This document shows positions 25,668 through 32,584 of a stretch of 40,827 bases of DNA, piece by piece (positions within the stretch are counted from its first letter, which is position 1; every line of letters begins with the position of its first letter). The notes under the pieces were generated by a model that worked only from the letters and a program-made list of their open reading frames with translations, did no database searches and was not told the origin of the DNA. The stretch is from Acidobacteriota bacterium (GTDB lineage: Bacteria > Acidobacteriota > Polarisedimenticolia > Gp22-AA2): contig JAYUCR010000512.1 in the NCBI GenBank assembly GCA_043740165.1, positions 1 through 40,827 of the forward strand. The letters are read 5' to 3'. The position numbers were made by a program, and so were the translations under genes.

Positions 25668-26414
25668 TCAACCCCGGCGATCGCCGGCCTCGAGCAACGC
25701 CGTCAGGGCCGCCGCGCGGGCCCGGGGATCGACACCGTCGAACACCGCCGCCCCGGCGACGAACAACTCCGCTCCCGCCCGCAGCAAGGCGCCGAGATTG
25801 TCCGGGCCGACCCCCCCGTCCACTTCGATGCGCACCGCGAGACCCCGCTCGACGATCCGTGTCCGCAGCGCCGCCACCTTCGCCGTGACGGAGGGGATGA
25901 ATCGCTGACCCCCGAAGCCGGGGTTGACCGACATCAGGAGGACGTAGTCGAGGTCGGGAAGGATTTCCTCGAGCACGGCGAGCGGCGTGGCCGGGTTCAA
26001 GGCCACCCCCGCCCCGGTTCCGGTATCGCGGATGAGCGCCACGGTCCGGTGCAGATGCGGCACGGTTTCCTGGTGCACCGTGATCATGTCCGCCCCGGCG
26101 GCGACGAACCTCTCGATGTAGAGGTCGGGCTCTTCGATCATCAGGTGCACGTCCAGGGGCAGAGCCGTGACCCGACGGATCGATGCGACGACCGGAGGGC
26201 CGATCGTCAGGTTGGGAACAAAATGCCCGTCCATCACGTCCAGGTGCAGCAGGCGCGCGCCGCCCGCCGTGACCGCCTGGATCTCCTCCCCCAGCCGGGC
26301 AAAGTCGGCCGACAGGACCGAAGGGGCCAGGGCGGCACCGACAGGGATGATGTCCCGGCCGCGAGAGCGCATGGCCTGCGCCGGGGCCCGGCGGGCGGGC
26401 GGAGTCTCAGTCAT
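25668..26414 (-). CDS. rpe: Ribulose-phosphate 3-epimerase
   Basis: APSVLSADFARLGEEI, HLDVMDGHFVPNLT, VNPGFGGQ. I call ATG 26414 because AAGGAGG lies 5 nt upstream of it. Confidence 0.9.
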   Translation of the reverse strand: MTETPPARRAPAQAMRSRGRDIIPVGAALAPSVLSADFARLGEEIQAVTAGGARLLHLDVMDGHFVPNLTIGPPVVASIRRVTALPLDVHLMIEEPDLYIERFVAAGADMITVHQETVPHLHRTVALIRDTGTGAGVALNPATPLAVLEEILPDLDYVLLMSVNPGFGGQRFIPSVTAKVAALRTRIVERGLAVRIEVDGGVGPDNLGALLRAGAELFVAGAAVFDGVDPRARAAALTALLEAGDRRG

Positions 26415-27231
26415 CGCTCCCTCCTTGGTTATCACCGGCCACGGTGAGCGTCACCAGGTCTCCCGCGCGGACGGGGTAGCCTGCTTCCGGCCGCTGCGCC
26501 ACGATGGTACCCGACGCCGCACCGGACGGGGAACTTTCGTGTCGTGTCGGAGCGGGGCGAAGGCCCGCTCGCGTCAGGAATCGCAGCACCTCGGCCTCGC
26601 GGCGGCCGGTGAGATCGGGCATGACGTAGACCACCGGTCGACGCCCGCGACTGACGAGGAGGGTCACTCGACCTTCCTTCAGCCCGAATTCCCCTGCCAG
26701 CGGATCCTGGCCCACGACGAGATTCTCGCTCTCCTTCGAGGTGTAGGCATAGATCGGGTCGGCGACATGGAGTCCTTGCTGCTGCAAGGTAATCTGGGCC
26801 CCGCGGGCGGCGGCGCCTCGCACCTCCGGGATGGCCCCGCCCGTGTCGCCCAGGCTCAGGACCACCTTGATCTTGCGATCCACCTTGATGCTCGATCCGG
26901 GAGGCGGCTCCTGCACGAGGACGCGCCCGGGCTCGACATGGGGATCGTGGCGCTCCGACACCTGCTCCAGCATCAGCCCTTGCTTGCGCAGGATCTCCCG
27001 CGCCTCATCCGAGGTCATGCCCGACAGATCGGGAACGAGCACATCGCGCCCGGCCACCGCGCGCCGCACGGTGAGGTAGGCGCTGATCGCCGCGACCACC
27101 ACGAGAGCGATGCCCAGGATCAGCAGCTTCGCGGAGGTCAGGAGGTGGCTTCGGAGGGATCGCGGGGTTGCGGCGCTCATCACGGTGTCGGCCGATCCGG
27201 GGACGGTCCCGGCCGCGTCGAGGGGGCGCAT
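26407..27231 (-). CDS. Membrane-anchored protein with three PASTA repeats and no kinase or transpeptidase domain
   Basis: One TM helix (LLILGIALVVVAAISAYL), then three repeats of about 65 aa starting VLVPDLSGMTSDEA..., IPEVRGAAARGA..., VMPDLTGRREAEV.... Start ambiguous: 27231 is 1 nt after the rsmB stop, 27180 is the alternative. Confidence 0.75.
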   Translation of the reverse strand: MRPLDAAGTVPGSADTVMSAATPRSLRSHLLTSAKLLILGIALVVVAAISAYLTVRRAVAGRDVLVPDLSGMTSDEAREILRKQGLMLEQVSERHDPHVEPGRVLVQEPPPGSSIKVDRKIKVVLSLGDTGGAIPEVRGAAARGAQITLQQQGLHVADPIYAYTSKESENLVVGQDPLAGEFGLKEGRVTLLVSRGRRPVVYVMPDLTGRREAEVLRFLTRAGLRPAPTRHESSPSGAASGTIVAQRPEAGYPVRAGDLVTLTVAGDNQGGSDD

Positions 27232-27232
27232 G

Positions 27233-28621
27233 TTAGCACAGCGACAGGACCGCGGCGAAGAACCCATCCATGTCATGACGGTGCGGCAGCGTTTCGAGCA
27301 TTCCGCGGGGATTCACCAGGTGATGCAAGGCCTCGGGAAGAATGCCGCGGGCATCGAGCAACCGCACGTCCTGGCGCTCCCGGAGGATCGCGTCGACGTG
27401 AGCGGGCCCCTCCTCCGGCTCGAGGCTGCAGACCGAGTAGACCAGCCGGCCTCCGGGAGCCAGCAGTTCGAGGGCGGCCCGCAGGGTTCGTGCCTGGCGT
27501 TCGGCGTGCCGCTCGATCAGGGCCGGCGAAATTCTCCACCGGATCTCGGGGTGTCGCCGTATCACGCCGGTCCCCGAGCAGGGGGCGTCGACCGCGACGC
27601 GCTCGAATCTCCCCGTCAACGCCGGCAGGCCGGCATCCATGGCCACGAGGTGAATCCCCTCGATCCCGCCGCGGCGGGCATTCTCGCGGATCTTGCGCAG
27701 TCGCGCGACGTTGCGATCGGCGGCCACCATGAACGGCAACGGGGTTCCGGCCGCACTCGCCACCTGGAGGATCTTTCCTCCCGGCGCCGCGCACAGGTCG
27801 ACAAGCCGCTCGTCGGGCCTCAGCGGCTCGAGCAGCATCGCCACGATCTGGGACGCCTCGTCCTGGATGTAGAACGCCCCGCTGCGGAACAGGGCGGTTC
27901 GCTGAGGAACCCCTTTCCGCACCCGAAGGGCCCGGATCGGCAGCGGCGACGGTTCTGTTTCGACGCCCTCGTTCCTGAGCCCTTGCGCCAGGTCGGCCGG
28001 ATCGCGGCGCTGGCTCCCGACCCGCAGCACCATCGGCGCCGGGAGGTTCATCGTCCGGAGCAGCGCTTCCCCTTCCTCCGGCCCATGACGCTTGAGAAAA
28101 CGATCCACCAGAAACCCCGCAAACGAAGTCTCCTGGGCCAGCCATGCGGACAGCGCCCCGAGGTCCGCCTCCTTCTCGGGGCGCGGGAGGCGCCAGGTGA
28201 CGCTCCCCTCCTCCTGTTTCCGGCAGAGGGCTCGCAGCACCCCGTTGGCGAATGCGGAAGCGGCGCGGCCGGCCCGCTGGCGAGCCACACCGACCGCCTC
28301 GTCCACCGCCGCGGCCCAAGGCACGCGGCTCAGGAACAGAATCTGATACGCGGCGATACGGAGGATATCGAGAAGCGGCCTGTCGATCTGCGCCAGCGGT
28401 CGGCTGGACGCCGCCCCCACGGCCGCGTCCAGCTGCGATCTCTGGCGCAGCACGCCGTACACCAGCTCGGTGGCCAGGGCGCGGTCTCGCTCCGGCATTC
28501 CGGCCGGGAGGGCCGCGAGCAGCGCGTTGGAATGCCCGCGATCGGCTTCGATGGCTTCGAGCACGTCGAGCGCGGCGACGCGAGCCGTGAGGTCAGGCGG
28601 GCGGCGGCGTGAAGCGGTCAC
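27233..28621 (-). CDS. rsmB: 16S rRNA (cytosine967-C5)-methyltransferase RsmB/Sun
   Basis: NusB-like N-terminus, then the SAM-MTase core (DLCAAPGGK, AVDAPCSGTGVIRRHPE, LVYSVCS). GTG start overlaps fmt by 29 nt. Confidence 0.85.
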   Translation of the reverse strand: MTASRRRPPDLTARVAALDVLEAIEADRGHSNALLAALPAGMPERDRALATELVYGVLRQRSQLDAAVGAASSRPLAQIDRPLLDILRIAAYQILFLSRVPWAAAVDEAVGVARQRAGRAASAFANGVLRALCRKQEEGSVTWRLPRPEKEADLGALSAWLAQETSFAGFLVDRFLKRHGPEEGEALLRTMNLPAPMVLRVGSQRRDPADLAQGLRNEGVETEPSPLPIRALRVRKGVPQRTALFRSGAFYIQDEASQIVAMLLEPLRPDERLVDLCAAPGGKILQVASAAGTPLPFMVAADRNVARLRKIRENARRGGIEGIHLVAMDAGLPALTGRFERVAVDAPCSGTGVIRRHPEIRWRISPALIERHAERQARTLRAALELLAPGGRLVYSVCSLEPEEGPAHVDAILRERQDVRLLDARGILPEALHHLVNPRGMLETLPHRHDMDGFFAAVLSLC

Positions 28622-29546
28622 CGGGGCTCACGAGACGTCCGTTGAGGGCGTCGCGCGCCGACATCGCGCGTCGCCCGGGGAAACAGAGCTCCAGGATCTC
28701 CAGGAACGACGAAGACCCGCAGGCCACGACGATCCTCCCCTGGGGGGCCTGGAGGATCTGTCCCGGCGCCGCGCCCGGCTCGCGCGGCGCCGCATCGACC
28801 CGGGCACGAAGGATTTGAACCGGGGCATCGCGCAGGCCGGCGGCGGCCAGCGGCCAGGGATGGCATCCCCGCACCCGGCACACGAGTTCTGCGGCGGGCT
28901 CCTCCCAATGGAGGAATCCATCCGCGCGACGGAGCGGCGGGGCGAGCGTGGCGCGCGCGGAGTCCTGCGGAACAGGATGGAGAGACCCCGCCTGGTGCCG
29001 TGCGAGCGTTTCGACCAGCAGATCGGCTCCGACTTCGGACAGTCGCGAGGTCAGCTCACCCGCGGTCTCCTCCGCGCCGATCGCGATCTCGCGCGACAGG
29101 AGGAGGTCGCCGGTGTCGAGTCCCCGGTCCATGCGCATCGTGGTCGCCCCCGTGCGCGCTTCGCCGGCAAGGATGGCGCGCGCGATGGGCGCTGCCCCGC
29201 GGTAGGCCGGCAGCAGCGAGGCGTGCAGGTTGATGCACCACTTCGGCGGGATCTCGAGGATCGCCACCGGCAGCACCTGGCCGTAGGCGACCACCACAAT
29301 CGCCTCGGGGGCGGCCGCACGCAGCCGCGCCGGCAATTCCGGGTCGCGCGCCGTGTCGGGCTGGAGCACCTCGATGCCCATATCGCGCGCCGCCTGTTTG
29401 ACCGCCGAAGGCTCGGGCCGTGACGATTGCGTACGCCGCGGCTTGTCGGGGCGGGTGACAACCAACTCCACCGGATGCCCGGCCTGAACGAGCTGCCGCA
29501 GCGAAGGCACGGCGAATGGCGGCGTTCCCATGAAAACGATCCGCAT
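28593..29546 (-). CDS. fmt: Methionyl-tRNA formyltransferase
   Basis: MRIVFMGTPPFAVPSL, INLHASLLPAYRGAAPI. Lies directly downstream of def. Confidence 0.9.
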   Translation of the reverse strand: MRIVFMGTPPFAVPSLRQLVQAGHPVELVVTRPDKPRRTQSSRPEPSAVKQAARDMGIEVLQPDTARDPELPARLRAAAPEAIVVVAYGQVLPVAILEIPPKWCINLHASLLPAYRGAAPIARAILAGEARTGATTMRMDRGLDTGDLLLSREIAIGAEETAGELTSRLSEVGADLLVETLARHQAGSLHPVPQDSARATLAPPLRRADGFLHWEEPAAELVCRVRGCHPWPLAAAGLRDAPVQILRARVDAAPREPGAAPGQILQAPQGRIVVACGSSSFLEILELCFPGRRAMSARDALNGRLVSPGDRFTPPPA

Positions 29547-29553
29547 GGGGCCG

Positions 29554-30081
29554 TCAGGCGGGGACCAGCTGCCAGTCCCCCTCCCGCATCCGTTTCTGCA
29601 CCTTCCTGCGAATCAGCCGGCGTTTGAGCACGCTGAGATGCTCGATGAACAGGCGCCCGTTCAGGTGGTCGATCTCGTGGTTGAAGGCGCGCGCCAGGAG
29701 CTCACGCCCCTCCAGGGTGCGCACCCGGCCGTCCCGATCCATCGCTTCGATGACACAGCGCTCGGGCCGCCGCACCCGTTCCGTGAAGCCGGGAAGGCTG
29801 AGGCACCCTTCCTCTTCGGTATACCAGCCGGAATTTTCCAGGACCCGCGGATTAATGAGGACCATCAACTGGCCCGGGTCCTCGCCGACGGTCAGGTCGA
29901 CCACCGCCACGCGCTTCGCGACCCCCACCTGGTTCGCCGCCAGGCCCACTCCGGGGGCGGCATGCATCGTCTCGATCATGTCGTCGATGAGGCGTTCGAG
30001 ATCGGGAGTGATGGAGCCGACCTTCTCGGTCTCGTTCACAAGCACATCGTGGGGGTAGCGGAGGATCGGCAGAATCGCCAT
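29554..30081 (-). CDS. def: Peptide deformylase
   Basis: GVGLAANQVG, EGCLSLPG and HEIDHLNG, the three Def motifs. 175 aa. Confidence 0.92.
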   Translation of the reverse strand: MAILPILRYPHDVLVNETEKVGSITPDLERLIDDMIETMHAAPGVGLAANQVGVAKRVAVVDLTVGEDPGQLMVLINPRVLENSGWYTEEEGCLSLPGFTERVRRPERCVIEAMDRDGRVRTLEGRELLARAFNHEIDHLNGRLFIEHLSVLKRRLIRRKVQKRMREGDWQLVPA

Positions 30082-30090
30082 CGGGCCGCC

Positions 30091-30119
30091 TATCTACCAC
30101 ACGCATCATGCTCCGTCAA
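30091..30119 (-). promoter_or_regulatory. Predicted sigma70-type promoter of the def-fmt-rsmB... string; near-leaderless def mRNA
   Basis: Minus strand reads TTGACG (30119-30114), 17 nt, TAGATA (30096-30091). Only 9 nt separate the -10 from the def ATG, and there is no SD-like purine tract. Confidence 0.4.
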
Positions 30120-30122
30120 GAA

Positions 30123-30146
30123 AGTCGAGGACAGAGAGTCGAGGAC
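30123..30146. repeat. Perfect 10-bp direct repeat AGTCGAGGAC x2 (14-bp period) abutting the def -35 element
   Basis: Copies at 30123-30132 and 30137-30146, separated by AGAG. They lie 3 nt upstream of the predicted -35, in the 86-nt spacer between def and the FecR-like gene. Confidence 0.6.
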
Positions 30147-30167
30147 GGGCCGCGGATCGAACCCGGA

Positions 30168-31883
30168 TCACTTCCGGCGGTTGTTCCCTGGTTTCGCCTC
30201 CTCGCGGGGTGGCCTCGACGGAACCGGCTGTGGATCAGCCACCGGCTTCGCCGCGATCGGAGACTTTGGAGCGGCTCGCTCGCCGGCCGGCGGCCGGGCG
30301 CCTTCGACGAGGCGCTCGACGGCAGGACTGCGAGGTCGAACCAGGGCTTGTTGGTGAGTTTCCGCGGACGGCTCGGATACGGGCCTCGGCGCGGGCACCG
30401 TGGCGCGAGGTCGATCGCGAGGGCTCGACGGGGATGGTCGACCGGTCCCCACGGCAGCGGGGGTGAAAGTGACCCGAGGACGATTCGTGCCCGGCCTGCG
30501 GTCGGACCGGCGCTCCATGGTCCGGAAGGCGCGCGACGTACCCTCTCCCTGAAGTGCCGCAGGCGACGCCGCCCGATCGCGCCGCACCCTGTCCATCAGG
30601 CTGGCGGCCCGCTCCGGCTGCTTGGCGATGACCCTCGGATCGAATTGCGGCAGCGACCGGGTCACCACCAGCGGCGTACCGCGGGGCAGTCGATCGCCTC
30701 GGAAAATGACCGTGTCGGGACCGCCGCGCCATCCGAACCGCCCGGTCGATAGGAACTGCCAGCCACGTGCGTCGAGGCTCCCGACAGAAACCTCCACCTG
30801 GTTGATCGCCCAGGCGTCGCGGAAAACCGGGCGATTGTAATAATTCAACGGGCACCATCCGATGGTGGACGTTCCCACGGCGAAACTGACCCAGGCGCCG
30901 CCCCAGACCGCCCCGGGCGACCAGAACCAGCCGAAGTTGGCCGCATAGTCCCAGCGCCCGTAATGATAGGGCGCCCAGCCCCACGGATCGAAGGAGACCC
31001 AGACCCAGCCGGTCGGACAGGAGGTCCAGTAGCCTCGAAGGTAGGGATTCCAGGCGCCGGCATAGTGGGGTCGCCACACCAATCCATAGGTCGGAATCCG
31101 CGACCAGGCTCCGTAGTACGACAGCTCCGGGGCATAGGGACGCACGGCGTCCGGAAGGTCGACAGCCTCGTTTCCTGCCACTGCGTCGGCGGCCTCCGAG
31201 GCATAGGCTCGCACCCGATCGACGCAAAACCGGTCGAAGTCATCCTGCCGTTGGGTGTTGTAACGGGTCGGGGCGCCGGGGGATCGACCCCCCTCGACAG
31301 CGCTGCGTTGACCGCTTCGCACCAGGACGGAACCACCGTCGCCCGAAAACTCCGCCACGCCGCCCAGGGAGGCCAGTGTCGTCAACCCGTCCGCGGTCTC
31401 GATCCGGAAAGTGCCGGCGGACAGGAGGTAGATCGAACCCGCTTCGGTATCCACCTGCACCGCCGCATCCGGATCGTCGGACTCCGGGACCTCGATGCGC
31501 ATCGCTCCATTCTCGAGCGCAAGCAGGGTGATCCGTTCAAACTCACTGTTCGCATCGGCAAGGGTCCGGAAGGCAATCCGGGAGTCGTGGTCGAGCCAGA
31601 CCAGGGCTCCGTCCGCCAGCTCGATCTCCGCCCTGCCGCCCTCCACGATGACCCGGTCACCGGGAGTGACCGGGCTATTGGTGGTGACCGCGTCGAGGTC
31701 TGCGGTGGCATCCCGCTCGATCCTCACGTCCCCTTCCAGGTACCGCACGCGCGCATAGGTCGCCCCCGCGTTCCCCGGATCCGCCAGGACCATCCCGAAC
31801 GAGGGGAGAAGCAGCACGACCGCCGCCCAGGCGGGAACGTCAACACACCACCGCTGCGTCCGACGATGGATTTGCGCGAACAT
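30168..31883 (-). CDS. FecR-domain secreted/anchored protein with a Trp/Tyr/Gly-rich repeat region and a Pro/Arg-rich tail
   Basis: Start set at ATG 31883 (MFAQIHRRTQRWCVDVPAWAAVVLLLP, signal/anchor); an alternative start lies at 31958 and the tracked start at 32003. FecR-like beta region (VRYLEGDVRIER...GDRVIVEGGRAEIELADGALVWL). W-rich block YGLVWRPHYAGAWNPYLRGYWT...DPWGWAPYHYGRWDY...GWFWSPGAVWGGAW. Confidence 0.6.
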   Translation of the reverse strand: MFAQIHRRTQRWCVDVPAWAAVVLLLPSFGMVLADPGNAGATYARVRYLEGDVRIERDATADLDAVTTNSPVTPGDRVIVEGGRAEIELADGALVWLDHDSRIAFRTLADANSEFERITLLALENGAMRIEVPESDDPDAAVQVDTEAGSIYLLSAGTFRIETADGLTTLASLGGVAEFSGDGGSVLVRSGQRSAVEGGRSPGAPTRYNTQRQDDFDRFCVDRVRAYASEAADAVAGNEAVDLPDAVRPYAPELSYYGAWSRIPTYGLVWRPHYAGAWNPYLRGYWTSCPTGWVWVSFDPWGWAPYHYGRWDYAANFGWFWSPGAVWGGAWVSFAVGTSTIGWCPLNYYNRPVFRDAWAINQVEVSVGSLDARGWQFLSTGRFGWRGGPDTVIFRGDRLPRGTPLVVTRSLPQFDPRVIAKQPERAASLMDRVRRDRAASPAALQGEGTSRAFRTMERRSDRRPGTNRPRVTFTPAAVGTGRPSPSSPRDRPRATVPAPRPVSEPSAETHQQALVRPRSPAVERLVEGARPPAGERAAPKSPIAAKPVADPQPVPSRPPREEAKPGNNRRK

Positions 31884-32062
31884 GGCGACCAACCTGCCCT
31901 TCTGCGGTTTTGGGAATGGCACCGGCCGCAGGCATGCGGAGAGCCATTTTCGTGCCATGGCAACGGTGGGATTATCAGGGGCAGGAACCGGTCCGGAAGG
32001 CACCCGCGAACCGACTTGTCCGCTTTAGGTGAGGCTCCCCGTCCAGGGCCGTCGCATCACGT

Positions 32063-32092
32063 CTCACAAAGGGGACACAGCGCGTCTATACT
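32063..32092 (+). promoter_or_regulatory. Possible promoter giving a leaderless transcript for the small secreted protein
   Basis: CTCACA (32063-32068), 18 nt, TATACT (32087-32092), then 7 nt to ATG 32100. No SD. Confidence 0.25.
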
Positions 32093-32099
32093 TCTTGGC

Positions 32100-32561
32100 A
32101 TGAGCCGACCAACGCGTTCGACGTGGATCGCCATCCTCACCCTGGCTCTGCTGGCGACACCGGCCGTCTCCTCGAGCAGCCACCAGAAGAACCGAGAAGC
32201 CGAGGATCGCGGACATCTCCGGCTGCGGCTCACCGCCGATCCCGCTGTCGGCTTCACCCCGGTCACCACGATCCTGACGGCACACCTGACCGGCGTCGCT
32301 CCCACCGATCCGAACTTCTGCCATCCGGCGGTCACCTGGGTTCGGATCAACCCCGGCCAGACGGAGGACAACGCTTCCCGCTATCACGAAGATCCCGCGT
32401 GCCGGCACCCCGAAAGCGAAAGTGTTGCGACGACCACCTTCACCAAGACATTCGATCTGTACCAGCCGGGATCGCACCTCTTCAAGCTCGTTGTGGAAGG
32501 GAAGGACCACCAGAGGGCGGAATCAGGCTACGTGCGGGTGGAAGTGATTCGGGTACAGTGA
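32100..32561 (+). CDS. Small secreted hypothetical protein (153 aa, signal peptide, two Cys)
   Basis: In-frame ATG at 32100 within ORF 30963..32561. MSRPTRSTWIAILTLALLATPAVSS signal peptide. Its amino-acid composition is unlike the Arg/Pro-rich junk frames. I recognise no family. Confidence 0.5.
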   Translation: MSRPTRSTWIAILTLALLATPAVSSSSHQKNREAEDRGHLRLRLTADPAVGFTPVTTILTAHLTGVAPTDPNFCHPAVTWVRINPGQTEDNASRYHEDPACRHPESESVATTTFTKTFDLYQPGSHLFKLVVEGKDHQRAESGYVRVEVIRVQ

Positions 32562-32584
32562 CAGCGTCTCCCTCTCCGGCCGAC

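Noticed and set aside
30123-30146. Direct repeats that could hint at a CRISPR array or mobile-element end.
   Set aside because: There are only two 10-bp copies with a 4-nt spacer, and no cas genes, transposase or target-site duplication. I interpret them as a possible regulator binding site instead.
30154-30164. The string ggatcgaaccc, whose reverse complement GGGTTCGATCC looks like a tRNA T-loop, in the def upstream spacer.
   Set aside because: The flanking bases do not form a T-stem (CCGGG versus CGCGG). No complementary acceptor arm lies at the expected distance. The putative 5' half would fall inside the FecR-like coding sequence.
31984-31989. GGAACC in the FecR and small-protein spacer as an ECF-sigma -35 element.
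   Set aside because: There is no CGT-type -10 at 16-17 nt downstream and no ECF sigma gene in the window. A match to a 6-mer alone is not meaningful at this GC content.
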